This document shows positions 28,711 through 43,529 of a stretch of DNA of 64,000 nt, piece by piece. The notes under the pieces were generated by a model, which had not been told where the DNA came from, did no database searches, and saw only the letters and a program-made list of their open reading frames with translations. The position numbers were made by a program, and so were the translations under genes. Numbering within the stretch: position 1 is the stretch's first letter; each line of letters begins with the position of its first letter. The stretch lies in NCBI RefSeq assembly GCF_006345805.1, contig NC_042999.1, positions 55,614,001 through 55,678,000 on the forward strand, given 5' to 3'. The stretch comes from Octopus sinensis. Its lineage: Eukaryota.

Positions 28711-28978
28711 ATAGACGGAAACTGAATGAAGCCCATTGTATATACATATATGTGTGTGTGTGTGCGTACGTGCGTGCGAGTATTTGTGTGTATGTGTTAT
28801 TCCATCACCATCGCTTGACAACTGATGTTGGCGTGTTCACATACCCGTTACTTAGCAGTTCGACCCAAAAAAAACAGATGGATAGAATAAGTCCTGGGGT
28901 CGATTTGTTCGATTAAAGGCGGCGCTCCAGCATGGCCGCAGTCAAATGACCGAAACAAGTAAAAGAATAAAAAGAATG
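28711..28978 (+). mobile_element. SINE family A, 5'-truncated
   Basis: GATAGACGGAAACTG...GGCCGCAGTCAAATGAC...GTAAAAGAAT. Confidence 0.8.
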
Positions 28979-29255
28979 ATTGACTGAATTGATGCTTTTG
29001 CATGAGAAAAAATACAGATTTTTTGAGCTGAAAATTTAAAAATTAAGTTAGTCTCCATTATTTTATTATTTACAATACCAATAGCTCTTGTGATGTTGCA
29101 TAAAGTTTAAAATTGACTACAACGGAATCTAACAGCAACTCATAGAAAACAAATAATGTCATTGATAGTTCTAGATCTTTGTTTCTACGGCTGTTTCAAC
29201 AACGTCACAACAACTATCAATAATAGTTACTGTAATTACAAGATGAAAGCTGTTA

Positions 29256-30516
29256 CGAGGGGCGTTCAATAAGTAATGCTCCTGCCCCACTTGCAGTTGT
29301 TTGATCTAGCATGTGCACTTATATATACCTCTATAGATTAAGTGGCGAATTACAGCTCTGAACTAATTGTGGTTTCTGATTTACAGGTGTTTGAACTGAG
29401 TCAAGTGTGAAATGGAGCCTGTTGAGTGTCGAGCAGTGATCTGGTTTTTGTATTTGAAAGGACGCACATCACGGGAGACTTTTGATGAAATGAAAGTAAC
29501 TTATGGTGATGATGATGCCCCATCATATGACCTTGTAAAACGCTGGCATTGTGAATTCAAACATAGTCGAAACTCTGTGGAAACAGCTCCCAGATCTGGT
29601 CGCCCCCTTCTGCCGTTGATGAGACATCTGTCCGTCAAGTTGAGGCTGCCATTTTGGAAGGTCAACGCATAACTATTCGCCAAATAGCCCATAAGGTCAA
29701 GATTAGTACCGGGTCTGTAAAACTATCATTCATGACCATTTGCATATGCAAAAGGTGTCTGCCAGATGGATTTCCAGGTTACTCACACCTTTCCAGAAGC
29801 AAGAACGCGTTGAGTGCTCGAGGATGAATTTGGAGATGTGCCAAGAAGATGAGTCAACATTTTTCAAAAGACTGATCACACAGGATAAAACCTGGGTCCA
29901 TCACTATGATCCAGAGACCAAAGCCCAGTCAATGCAGTGAAAGCACCGTGACTCACCTCCTCCAAAGAAGGCAAGGGTGCAGCCCTCCGCTGACAAGGTT
30001 ATGCTCACAGTCTTCTGGGACCAGGACGGAGTAGTGATGACAGATTTCCTGGCAAAGGGTACCACAATTACAGGAGCCTATTATGCTTCACTTTTGAGGA
30101 AATTAAGAGAAGCTATCAAAATCAAGAGGCGGGGCAAGATCAGCAAAGGCATCCTCCTCCTGCAGGACAACGCTCCGGTCCACAACTCGCGTGTCGCCAG
30201 ATCAGAAGCACAGGCGTGCAGCTATGAACTCCTCCCTTTGCACCCTCTGATTTTCACCTCTTCCCAGCCATGAAGTTGATTTTGAAAAGAAAGCGTTTCC
30301 CAGATGATGCAGCCTTGATTTCTGAAGTCACGTCGTGGTTGGAGGACCAAGCTGGGGTCTTCTACAAAAACGGTCTCCAGAGCTGTATCAAACGATGGGA
30401 GAAATGCATAACTCTGGGTAGTTCCTATGTAGGAAAAGACTAATAACTGTGCCAAGTGTCGTTGCTCTACTGCTATGGGAAGTGGGTCAGGGGCATTACT
30501 TATTGAACGCCCCTCG
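29256..30516 (+). mobile_element. Full-length mariner (1261 bp) with disrupted transposase
   Basis: Perfect 24-bp TIRs CGAGGGGCGTTCAATAAGTAATGC and TA TSDs. ATG at 29412; RSGRP, WISRLL, ITQDKTW and LQDNAPVH motifs; frameshifts and a deletion near YSPDLAP. Confidence 0.93.
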
Positions 30517-31004
30517 TATATATGACGTGTGTTTTCATCAGAAATGTTTTCAAGATATGACATCTCGATGACATCTTCATACATGTTTGTGCGTACGTAT
30601 TGATGCACACACACACACACACACAGTTAATAGCGACAGAAGCAGTTTTCATGTCAAAAAGGAATATTTATACTCACGTAAATGTAAATGTTGTTAGAAC
30701 AAAAAATACTGCGCTATCTAAGATGAGAGAACCTCTCATATGGATTTATGGTGCATGTAAGCACCCGTGTTTGTATCGCTAGCGGGACACAATCGTCCTG
30801 GTAGTCTCAGCGGTGGTAGCAGAGGATTATGTCCCACTAGCGATATAAACACGAGTGCTCGTATGCACCACAAGTCCATATCAGAGATTCTCTCATCCTA
30901 AATAGCGCAGTATTTTCTGTTCTAACACAACATCCACTTTTTAGTGGGAATACATACGTACATACATACATACGCGCACATACACACAAACATATATGTA
31001 TCTC

Positions 31005-31429
31005 TTCTACTCTTTTACTTGTTTCAGTCATTTGACTGCGGCCATGCTGGAGCACCGCCTTTAGTCGAGCAAATCGACCTCAGGACTTATTCTTTGTAAG
31101 CCTAGTACTTATTCTAACGGTCTCTTTTGCCGAACCGCTAAGTTACGGGGACGTAAACACACCAGCATCGGTTGTCAAGCGATGCTGGGGGGACAGACAC
31201 AGACACAAACATACATACATATATATATATATAGGGAGAGTTTACGAAAAAAACAAAAGACGAAGACAGGTGGTGTACAAAACAAATAGATGTATTAGTA
31301 TAACGCTCAGGAATAGAAAAAGTCTTTTACGTTTCGAGCCTACGCTCTTCTACAGAAAGGGACACAGAAAAAACAAGGAGAGAAATAAGAAGAGAGAAAA
31401 TGTGTGTAGTGGCTAACGATCTATCATGG

Positions 31430-31485
<56 letters not shown>

Positions 31486-31628
31486 ATACGACAGGCTTCT
31501 TTCAGTTTCCGTCTCCCAAATCCACTCACAAGGCTTTGGTCGACCTGAGGCTATAGTAGGAGACACTTGCCAAAGGTGGCATGCAGTGGTTGATAAGCAA
31601 GCTATTTACCACACGGCCATTCCTGCAC

Positions 31629-31630
<2 letters not shown>
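31005..31630 (-). mobile_element. SINE family A interrupted by a family Z unit
   Basis: Tail 31005-31205 and head 31488-31630 separated by (TA)n plus the insert. Confidence 0.85.
31234..31431 (-). mobile_element. Penelope pLTR-like unit, family Z, with A6U hammerhead variant (31324-31359)
   Basis: CTTT-CTGTAGA-A-GAGC GTAG GCTC-GAA-ACGT-A-AAAG; (TA)n on both sides. Confidence 0.72.
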
Positions 31631-31678
<48 letters not shown>

Positions 31679-31930
31679 ATATGTATACGTATATATATAT
31701 TCGTATATTTCTATATGTATTTTATATATATTTTTTACACATGCATACAAACTCATGAACACATGCATAAAACTCTAGTTTATTTAAGCTGATCCAGTGA
31801 GCCGTTACTCCACAGTTTCCACGGCATATAACCGCTTCTTAACACACGTCCAAACTAGGAGGAAACAGCATGGAAAATATTGCTGGAAAGTGTTATAACC
31901 ACAACAACAATAGCAATGTAGCAATTATAA

Positions 31931-32800
31931 ATACCAGGTTGAGTCAAAAGTTTTGGGGCTGTTTTCACTGATGGTTTTTGACAATCTGTATCACCGTGTT
32001 ATGTTATTAATTTGATACAACTCGGTGCCCGTTCGTTGCCGATTTCTTTATTCTTTATTTTCTGATATAACATATAAACGTTTATTGTTTGTTCTTTATT
32101 CTACAACTTTGATAATGAGGAAGAAATTGCAATTAGAGACATTTTATGCTACCCGCGGGAAAATGGGCTGAGTGCAATGGCAGTGGTAAAAGAAATGAAT
32201 GATGTGGAAAGCTCAGGAACTATCAACGGACATGTGGCACAAATTTGTTCAGACGTTTCAAGAAAGGTGACACCAGCTTCGAAGACAAACCAAAGACAGG
32301 AAGACCATGGTTGAACAGCAGCCAAGCACAAGTACAAATGTATCATCGACAGAATATGTCCTTCACAAAGCACCGTCAATCAACAACTCAATAAGCTCGG
32401 CTTTGTGAATAGACTTTGTCGAGCAGTCCCTCGTGAACTGACCAGTGACCAAGTTCAACGACGCGTGAGCATTTGCATACAACTGCTGGCAAGTCTTCGG
32501 GATACTCGTTTATGGCATCGAAATGTATGCAATTGGGGATGAAAAATGAATATATTTTCGTAATCCTAATAAGAGAAACCAATGGCTTCGTTCTGGCCAG
32601 CTTCAGAACCTTTTGTCAAAGAAAGGCCGTTTGAACAGAAGGCCACGTTGTGTGTTTTGTGGAATTTCGAGGGGGCGTTGCTTGCCCCCGATGATCATGC
32701 TATGAACGCTAACCTTTTATTATGTCCAATAATTGCAGCGAGTATATGATACTTTGAAAGTCCGTTTTCAATGTACTGAACCACTTTCAATGTACTGAAC
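31931..32800 (+). mobile_element. Degenerate mariner transposase pseudogene
   Basis: RRFKKGDTSFEDKPKTGRP, GDEK*IYFRNP and KATLCVLWNFEG translations; putative 5' TIR ACCAGGTTGAGTCAAAAG; 3' TIR not found. Confidence 0.72.
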
Positions 32801-33190
32801 CGACACTTATGCATACGAAGAACATCGACAGATTTTAGAGCTGATTTTTTAAACATTACGTTAAACTTTAATATGTTTCAAAGCTATAATAACAATACAT
32901 ATGGTGCTGCATGAAAGCTCGTAGTTGGCTAAAAGGCATACTAAGGACAAATCATATCAGAAACAAATTACAAAACAAATGAAGGCATTGATACTTCAAA
33001 AACATTTCAACAACGTCAAGGACGCCCACAACCTTATAATTATTCATAACTATTGTAATTACATGATAAAAGCCGTCGTCTGTGACGTGGGTGTCTCTTC
33101 ATTAGAAATGTATTCAAAATATGACATTTCGATGACCGTTTAATCTCATAGCTGATGTTTTGGGATTCCATCTTCCGTCTTTCATTTTCC

Positions 33191-33231
<41 letters not shown>

Positions 33232-33246
33232 TGTCTGTCTGTCTGT

Positions 33247-33285
<39 letters not shown>

Positions 33286-33464
33286 GAAAATGGAAGACGG
33301 AAGATGGAATTTACAAAAATTTTTATTATTAACCACTACAATTGTTTCGACACATCTAGCATCGATCCCGCACTGATGGGACACTTAACTACTGGTTCAG
33401 GAGATGCAGATGTGTCTCATCTGGTGACAAATAGATATATATATAGTGCAAATGTACAAGAGAC

Positions 33465-33640
33465 GAAAGACAGAGACAGGTATGGGTGACAACAAACAAG
33501 GTGTACGACGCTCAGGAAAAATGGAAAGATTTGATGTTTCGAGCCTGTGCCCTTCGACAGAAAGGAATGAAGAAAGAAGACGGAGAGAGAGAAAGAAAAA
33601 TGTCTGGATTAACGGTTTCATGGGTCGAACCCAGCTGCCA
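33465..33640 (-). mobile_element. Penelope pLTR-like unit, family Z-related, with hammerhead variant (33529-33564)
   Basis: CTTT-CTGTCGA-A-GGGC ACAG GCTC-GAA-ACAT-C-AAAT. Confidence 0.6.
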
Positions 33641-33749
33641 TCTTGAATTATAACATTATTTTCGTGACAAATCAACAATGTTGGCCTGATAGAGCCATAA
33701 GCTGTGAAACTTCATCTATTATGTATCATGTCAGCAAAAATTTTGTGCG

Positions 33750-34021
33750 TGACAGAGAGACACAAACACATTTATGCAAATGCATGAATGTATATGCATG
33801 TATATATTCATGCACTGGCATACATGCACATACATACACATTCATAAGTATATTCGTACGTGACATATACACACGTACACACATAAACGTATTTCTGTGT
33901 GCGTGTGGGTATATACGTGTGTGTGTGAGTTTGTGCGCGTGTATATATATATTTATACATTTATATACATACAAATATATGCATACACATGTATATACAT
34001 TTATGCATGCATATATATATG

Positions 34022-34096
<75 letters not shown>

Positions 34097-34727
34097 TGAA
34101 GTATATTGGCACTTAAATATACCCCGCTCAGAGATTTATATATATATGTATATATATATATGTATATATATATATATAGGCACATGTATATATATACACC
34201 CACACACGTAAATATATATGTGTGTGTGTGTGCGTACATATGTGTGTGTAGATATGTGTGTATATATATGTATATATGTATGTGTGTATGCATGTATGTG
34301 TGTATGTATGTATGTATGTATGTATGCATGCATGCATGCATGTATGTATGTATGTATGTATGTATGTATGTATGTATGTATGTATGCATGTATAGCTGAG
34401 GTTAGGGACCGTATTGGTCAAGGCCGTAGACAAGCCAGTCAGTCTAAAAAACTGTAAATGAAGAATAATAAAATAAATAGCTGAAAAATGCAAATAGGCG
34501 CAAAATATGTAAATTGTTTGAAAGAAAAAATAAACACAATCGTAAGTATCAAAACAGACTCGTGGTGAACATATGATACGACTTAATGCGTATACATGGG
34601 CGTGCGTAGATATGAAAGTGTGTGTGTGTACATACATATATACATACACATATATATACATCTACATACATAAACGTGCATAAATACACATATATATACA
34701 TAAACATATATATATACATATATATGC

Positions 34728-34800
<73 letters not shown>

Positions 34801-34953
34801 CATATATGTATACATACAAACATACTTACATGATTACACATACATGCATACATACATACACACACATACATAAATACATACATACATACATATATGTTTG
34901 GGGGTTATTCAAACAAATACATGCATGTGGTGTTTATAATGTTTATATACAAA

Positions 34954-34997
<44 letters not shown>

Positions 34998-35010
34998 CTG
35001 TATGTATGTG
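33750..35010. repeat. Compound (TA)n/(CA)n/(GTAT)n low-complexity region
   Basis: Direct repeats, with a short unique island at 34390-34610. Confidence 0.85.
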
Positions 35011-35019
35011 TATATGCTT

Positions 35020-35210
35020 GTGTGTCTGTGTTTGTCCCCACCACGACCATCGCTTGACAACCGATGCTTGTGTGTTTACGTCTCCGTAACTTAGTGGTTC
35101 GGCCAAAGAGACCGATAGAATAAGTACCAGTCTTACAAAGAATAAGTCCTGGGGTCGATATGCTCCAGCATGGCCGCAGTCAAATGACTGAAACAGGTAA
35201 AAGAGTAAAA
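35020..35210 (+). mobile_element. SINE family A, 3' half
   Basis: GTGTCTGTGTTTGTCCCC...GTAAAAGAGTAAAAG. Confidence 0.8.
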
Positions 35211-35266
35211 GATTATAATTGTATGTGTGTGCGTGACGTGTGTATGCATGAGCATGACGTGTGTGT

Positions 35267-35320
<54 letters not shown>

Positions 35321-35349
35321 TGTATGTGTGTAGTACAGTATACTAGTTA

Positions 35350-35825
35350 CTTAATTTATCGACCCCGAAAGGATGAAAGGCGAAGTCGAACCCGGCGAAA
35401 TTTGAACTCAGAAACCTGAAGACGGACGAAATACCTATTTGTTTACTACTCACAAGGGGCAAAACACAGAGAGGACACACAATAACAAACAGATTAAGTT
35501 GATTACATCGACCCCAGTGCGTAACTAGTACTTAATTTATCGACCTCGAAAAGATGAAAGGCAAAGTCGACCTCGGCGGAATTTGAACTCAGAACGTAGC
35601 GGCAGACGAAATACCTTTTTCTTTACTACCCACAAGGGGCTAAACACAGAAGGGACAAACAAGGACAGACACACGGATTAAGTCGATTATATCGACCCCA
35701 GTGTGTAACTGGTACTTATTTAATCGACCCCGAAAGGATGAAAGGCAAAGTCGACCTCGGCGGAATTTGAACTCACAACGTAGCGGCAGACGCTCGGTGT
35801 GCTAACGATTCTGCCAGCTCGCCGC
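35350..35825 (-). mobile_element. SINE family B, three tandem partial copies
   Basis: TTTATCGACCCCGAAAGGATGAAAGGC core repeated near 35355, 35535 and 35720. Confidence 0.85.
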
Positions 35826-36049
35826 CAAATTCATCAAAGTAATTATAACAAAAATTTGCATCTGAATCTCCTGTTTTATTCTGATGATAATGATGGGTAT
35901 GCGTGTGTGTATGTGTGTATATGTATATGTGTGTGGCGGGCGGATGCTTGTGTGCGTGTGTGTCTAGGTGTGTGTGTGGGTGTGTGTACGTGCAAGGCTA
36001 CTCGATTTATTGGTGATCTAACTTTTCAACAATACCAGCAACAATAAAA

Positions 36050-36082
36050 TTGCGATCATCATCATCTTTATCGTCGTCGTCG

Positions 36083-36143
<61 letters not shown>

Positions 36144-36231
36144 CTTTATCACAATCATCGTCATCATCAACATCATAATCATTACCGTCATCGTCATCAT
36201 TATCATCGCCGTCGTCGTCGTCCTCTTCCTC

Positions 36232-36292
<61 letters not shown>

Positions 36293-36325
36293 CAATCATC
36301 GTCATCATCATCATCATCATCATCG

Positions 36326-36397
<72 letters not shown>

Positions 36398-36549
36398 TAT
36401 CCTACCTAAAATGGTAACTTTAACAATAGTCACATAAAATTTGGTTCCCACCACCATCAATCATCATCGCCACTACCACTACGACCATCACCAGCGCCAT
36501 CTCATCGTCATCATCATCATCACACCTACTGCTGTCATCATCATCATCG

Positions 36550-36590
<41 letters not shown>

Positions 36591-36616
36591 GTCATCGTCG
36601 TCGTCATCGTCATCAC

Positions 36617-36659
<43 letters not shown>

Positions 36660-36886
36660 GTCGTCGTCGTCGTCATCATCACCCCCACCACCATCATCAT
36701 CATAAACATCACCACAACTACCACTATCACCACCGCTATCCTATCGTCGTCGTCTTCATCATCATCATCATCATCATCTTCATCACAATCATCATCATCA
36801 TCATCATCATCGTCATCATCATCATCTTCATCACAATCATCGTCATCATCATCATCATCGTCATCATCATCATCATCATCATCATC

Positions 36887-36920
<34 letters not shown>

Positions 36921-37139
36921 TCATCATATCCTACCTAAAATGGTAACTTTAACAATAGTCACATCAAATTTGGTTCCCACCACCATCAATCATCATCGCC
37001 ACTACCACCATCACCAGCGCCATATCATCGTCATCATCATCATCATCACACCTACCGCTGTCATCATCATCATCGTCATCGTCATCATCATCATCATCGT
37101 CATCATCATCATCGTCGTCGTCGTCGTCATCGTCATCAC

Positions 37140-37185
<46 letters not shown>

Positions 37186-37330
37186 GTCGTCGTCGTCATC
37201 ATCATCACCCCCACCACCATCATCATCATAAACATCATCACAACTACCACCATCACCACCGCTATCCCATCGTCGTCGTCTTCATCATCATCATCATTAT
37301 CATTATTGCTTCGTCATCACCATCATCAAC
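36050..37330. repeat. (CAT)n array containing a ~529-bp tandem duplication
   Basis: Unique marker CCTACCTAAAATGGTAACTTTAACAATAGTCAC occurs twice, 529 bp apart (ATG at 36411 and 36940). Confidence 0.88.
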
Positions 37331-37503
37331 AACGTCATAACTACATCCACCGCAATTTTTTCTTTTAAACCCTAACCCTAAACTTAATGTTTTTTCCATA
37401 GATTTCGCCAAGTTTTAAAATATTATTTATATATGTGCGGCCTGGGTGTGTGGCAAAATGCTTGCTTCCCAATCACATTGTTCCGGGTTAGCTATCTATT
37501 TAT

Positions 37504-37616
<113 letters not shown>

Positions 37617-37621
37617 CGGAC

Positions 37622-37710
<89 letters not shown>

Positions 37711-37746
37711 TAGTTGGATGGATAGAGAGATAGATAGATGGATGGG

Positions 37747-37840
<94 letters not shown>

Positions 37841-37841
<1 letters not shown>

Positions 37842-38080
37842 GTGGGAAGAAAAGCCTACGAAAAAGACCACGGTAACCTTAGTCAATATTGTTATATGTT
37901 ACCACATTTGTTTGCAAGTGGGTAACCCTCTGTTTTCAATTTCTGGGTTCATAGGATTATGCTCAAGGTGGCTTCGTCATTCATACGTGCCATCCTTGCT
38001 ACATTCACCCATCTTTTTTTAAAACATTCGCTAGACAAAACTTGCCTCTCTACTCTCATTTTCCTTTTCAAGTAGTACTT
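37841..38080 (-). mobile_element. Second Tx1 copy (short fragment) in (GATA)n
   Basis: KYYLKRKMRVERQVLSSECFKKRWVNVARMARMNDEATLSIIL nearly identical to the 19899 ORF end; GATA repeats on both sides. Confidence 0.9.
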
Positions 38081-38098
38081 TAGATAGATAGATAGATA

Positions 38099-38650
38099 TT
38101 GGGTTGCGGAATAATTCATGAGCGTTTTTTTTTTTTTCAAATTTAAAAATGCATGCAGAAATAAAACGCATTGACAAAATGTTATTCAAAAGCGATTTTT
38201 TTGCTCTACAAGTTAGTGTGTTTTGATTAATTAATTTTATTGATTTTTGTGTATTTTCAGATTATTGAAATGGAATGTCAAGTGGACAAAGCTGAACGTT
38301 TTCAACACCATTCGCTTGTTGCATTTAATCAAGGTGTTAAACCTGCCGAAGCTGCTCGTGTTATTTATTTGTGCTGTGTATGGAGCAGGAGCAGTAGCCC
38401 AAAGTGCCACCTGCCGTTGGTTGCGGCGCTTCAAAAATGGGAATTTTGAAATGAAGCACGGATCACACAGCAGTCGACCAACTGAGTTCGATAAAGAACG
38501 ATTGAATCAGCATCTTCACGATAATCCAGGTCAAACGTCCAGAGAATTGGCGGAGAAAATTAATAGTGCTAACAAAAAAAAAACTGTGGTAAACCACTTT
38601 CACTCAATGAGCAAGTTTCAGAAACGGTCATGAAGTATTCCTCAACCCAA
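38099..38650 (+). mobile_element. Internally deleted mariner (cecropia/Hsmar1-like N-terminus)
   Basis: TIRs TTGGGTTGCGGAATAATTCATG / CATGAAGTATTCCTCAACCCAA; HTH region ICAVYGAGA...RWLRRFKNG...SRELAEK. Confidence 0.85.
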
Positions 38651-39569
38651 TTTTTATATATATATACACTAGTATTCCCACGAACTCTATACATAATGTT
38701 GAAAGCTGTTTATTCGTGATGAATACTACACTAATAAAGATATAGAGAGTCGCCGAGAAAAGTTTTGATATTATCATCAGCAACAGTGCGAATGGAGTAT
38801 GTTCGTATCGGAAGGAAATCCTGGAATAAAGTAGAAAGAAACAGTGAAAAACTAAACAAAACAACTTCGTGTCACGACAAATCCCAGATTGTAATGTTTA
38901 TTGACGTTACTCTCGTGTGCGCTAGTTCACAGATTTACAAAAATTCAATGCGAAGCGACATTTCCAATAGATGCAGTAGGAAGAAAAAACGGTTAAAACC
39001 ATTAAATCAGTAAGTAGTAAAATATAATTATTTGAGGAATCCTCTTGTATTGACTGACACAGCAGAATGGTGGCCTGCAATCAACAAATAAACAGCAAGA
39101 CTAGAGACATTGAGGAACACTATAAGGGGAAACGATTCGTAGAAAAAGAGAAAACTTGGAAGAACACTAGAAAGAGTATAAAGAAAGTGAACAGCATTCA
39201 TACTTTACCAACACGCTATACATAATGGAGCATTAAACAATGCCTTGATAGAATTTTCTTTCTGTATTTCGACATGATTCGATGCTCAGACACGTCACTA
39301 AGGAAATATAAACACAGGAAAGAGAAAATCGAACCTTGTGATAAAAAATCAAATTCCTGTAATGGGAAAATGGAATACCAGTAATCCCTCCATCACACTC
39401 CAATCAAATATGCTTGAAACCCTGCATATAAGCATTTGGGCCATCAAAAGTAATAGCTTTTTTGCTTACAACCTTTTTTTACTGGACTACAATTACGATC
39501 TCCTACATAATGACTATAAATATTTTATTAAAAATAATGAAACTACATTACAATATTGGTTTCCAATTT

Positions 39570-39955
39570 TCGGCACAAAGCCAGCAATTTTAGGGGAGAG
39601 CTAAGTCGATAGCCTCGACCCCAGTGCTCAACGGATATTTATTTTATCGACCCCCCAAAGGATGAAAGGTAATGCCAACCTCGGCGGAATTTGAACTCGG
39701 ATCGTAATGACGGGTGAACTGTGTCAACGATTCTGCCAGATCCTTTCTACTATAGGCACAAGGCCTGAAATTTTGGGGGAAGGGATAGTCGATTATATCG
39801 ACCCCAGTACTCATCTGGTACTTAATTCCTCGACCCCGCAAGGATGAAAGGCAAAATCAACCTCGGCGGAATTTGAACTCAGAACGTAGCGGCAGACGAA
39901 ATACCTCTAAACATTTCGCCCAGCGTGCTAACGATTCTGCCAACTTGCTGCCTTA
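39570..39955 (-). mobile_element. SINE family B, two partial copies
   Basis: Family B core and head in reverse. Confidence 0.8.
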
Positions 39956-40252
39956 AAAAAATAAAACGCTATAGTACAATATTACTTAATGAACATTAAA
40001 CAATTTACATGTAATTATTATTCCAGACAATTTTTTTAAACACATTACTCACAGTAAAACTGTGTGTTCTATTAAGAGTGTTTCGATCGTTATTTAGCCG
40101 GGCAATGGGTGAGATTTTAGCTTGATTAACTACCGTAGCAAAACATAAATCAAATTATGCATGATGTGAATATTTTCATATTAGTATGATTTAAGCAGTA
40201 ATAAACTAATATGTAATAACACTAAGCCTCGTAATAACTTCAGAAATACCTA

Positions 40253-40317
<65 letters not shown>

Positions 40318-40999
40318 GAATACTCAGAAACTCGAGTCCGTGTGTATCATAAGTTGAAGACGGGAAGGATGGCTTCCGTTTGCAAATACTGATAAGGCAC
40401 AGAACGTGTGTCTATAGCCAGCTGGAGGAGGTGTCCTGTTGGGGCTACAAACTACAGTAGCATCCACCCTTAGGGGTTAGCCATATTTAAATGGCAAATA
40501 TACGTCACGATGTGTTGCAGCTACTGTTTATAACTCGCTCTAAGATTTACTATTGAACTTAAATAATAATTTTAATAATTAATCTCATACTGCAATTAGA
40601 CGGTAATTTATGTCTTTTAAAATAAATTTGAAAACTAAATAATATTTTTTTACCAATTCATAATAAATAAAATTTAAGAAACAAGAAATAGTCCCTTTGT
40701 TTAAAATTCTTCCCTACATATTTCGGTTTTAATATTTCCTCTGTCAACCACCCAATCAGACGTCCCTATCCCTCACTGGTCCCAATGTGTTTTCATTCTA
40801 TCTTTATTACACCCTTTTCTCTCGTCTGGGCCAGAGTTGTTTGACCATGTCGTCTCACCATCATCTTGGATATCTTCTGAATCATATGTTCCACTCTCTT
40901 GCGTGCCACTAGGCAACTGTACAAGTCCACTAATTGTCTGTGAAACTTGCGACATGCCAAACCCGGCAGAATATTCGACATTCCGCAATCACATCTTGC

Positions 41000-41930
41000 A
41001 CTCGACACAGAATGACAGATCTGGCGCCCACTTTCTTTACTCGACTTCCAACACAGGGTTATTGAGGAGGGTTCCATTTACATCAGCTTCGACAAGAAAG
41101 CAGCAAGTAGGAGCCCGTTTGTGCATTACGACTTGGTCTTGTCCATCAGAGACAAAACTGCTTCCGTACGAAACGAAATTTTACGGCAGTCACACAACTG
41201 ACAAAGCGCCATCACTATACGGTTTCACAAGATCCTAAAAGACAAGTTATCGACCATCTTCTGCCAAACAACAGCATATAAACAGCACTAAGGTGAACAA
41301 ATTTTATTAGAAAGCCCATACTCCTATGGTTGACACATGTTTCTTAAACTTTCCTACATCGTCGATAGAACCACAGAAGCAATCCATCACGTGATCTTCA
41401 AGTAGGAACTAAACATGCAGATGGTGCACTCCTGTACATCCCTGAGAAAATTCCCCTCTAGAAATCGTGCCACAAACATCACCGTGGGGTATACACTGTC
41501 TAATTAGCCCATCAACAACCCAAACGTGTACTCGAGGACATAATTAGTATATGAAGAGATCTGCAACAAATGTGATGCATCCTACATTGGGACTGCAATC
41601 AAAAGTTACATATCCGCATCAAGGAACACGTGTACACAAAAGACTTGAGTCCATAAATACCTACCAAACTTGAAGCTTTACTGTATCCATCAGAACCATG
41701 GTACGCAACACAGGCAACCCTTGAATCAGGGAGGCTATCCTAATTATGATATTAAGCAGAAACCAACAGATAAGAACTACTCGAAGTGGAGAGGCTACTA
41801 AAGCAACATTATTCTGTGCATGTTACTATCCTCTCCCACATATCTGAACGAACATATAAACCGTATACCGTTCAATATTTCTTCACGTATACTGATAAAG
41901 AGGCCCTCACTCCGAAATATTGAAGAAATA
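41000..41930 (+). pseudogene. Decayed Penelope-like element: RT thumb plus GIY-YIG endonuclease
   Basis: VPF...LCITTWSCPSETKLLPY (thumb-like); VYEEICNKCDASYIGT..(fs)..LHIRIKEH (GIY-YIG/CCHH); many stops and frameshifts. Confidence 0.72.
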
Positions 41931-42025
41931 CGAGACTTTTGTATTTCATTTTGCATTGTTTCGACCTTAACAAGGTTTTATCTAAAACACAATGCTTCAT
42001 CCAAATTATTCTATTCTATTTTATG

Positions 42026-42117
<92 letters not shown>

Positions 42118-42121
<4 letters not shown>

Positions 42122-42228
42122 GTGCTCACTTAGCCAGCGGGGTGGCGTCATCCGAAGGCTAAAACAATGCAAACGCATTGTGACCAGCGAATCATAGCAA
42201 CATCTGATGGTCTGGTCGGTCACGTGAT

Positions 42229-42236
<8 letters not shown>
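42118..42236 (+). mobile_element. SINE family C 3' tail in (TA)n
   Basis: GCTCACTTAGCCAGCGGGGTGGCGTC...GGTCACGTGATCACGTGAT. Confidence 0.8.
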
Positions 42237-42284
<48 letters not shown>

Positions 42285-42289
<5 letters not shown>

Positions 42290-42620
42290 GAGATAAAACC
42301 ACTATTAGACAAATCAAACAGTGAAAAACATAAACCAAAACAGAAATAAAATTAATTAATATAATATACAAAATATATAAAATATAAAATTCAAAATTTA
42401 AATTATTTAATTACTTTTTATCTTATATTAAACTTTTTAATACTTTTTGATAGTTATATATATTTAATAAAAAAATTTTTTTTTAAATTTTAACTTTAAA
42501 TTTAAATTTTGAATTTTACATTTTATATATTTTGTATATTATATTAATTAATTTTATTTCTATGCTTTGGTTTATGTTTTTCACTGTTTGATTTGCCTGA
42601 TAGTGGTTTTATCTCTAATT
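42285..42620. mobile_element. AT-rich fold-back element (~120-bp arms) in (TA)n
   Basis: 42285-42404 is the inverted complement of 42499-42620; terminus related to family X at 24094. Confidence 0.8.
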
Positions 42621-42702
42621 AAATGTATATATATATATTTATAATGTAAAATTAGATTTTATCCTAAATCTAATTTTTCCCTGTAAGTTTGGTTTTACTC
42701 CC

Positions 42703-43289
<587 letters not shown>

Positions 43290-43405
43290 TATATGTATGT
43301 AATATAATCTTTCTGTATCTTCAGATTTTTTCAATATGCTAGGCCAATGGTTTTAAATTGATATTAATCAAATAAATATTCAATTTTTACCCTTATTATT
43401 ATTAC

Positions 43406-43466
<61 letters not shown>

Positions 43467-43529
43467 TATATACATATGTATATGTACATACTTACATCTA
43501 TACGTAATATATATATATATATATATACA

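Noticed and set aside
37367-37385. CCCTAA-like telomeric repeats
   Set aside because: Only about two units, which is compatible with chance or a repeat fragment.
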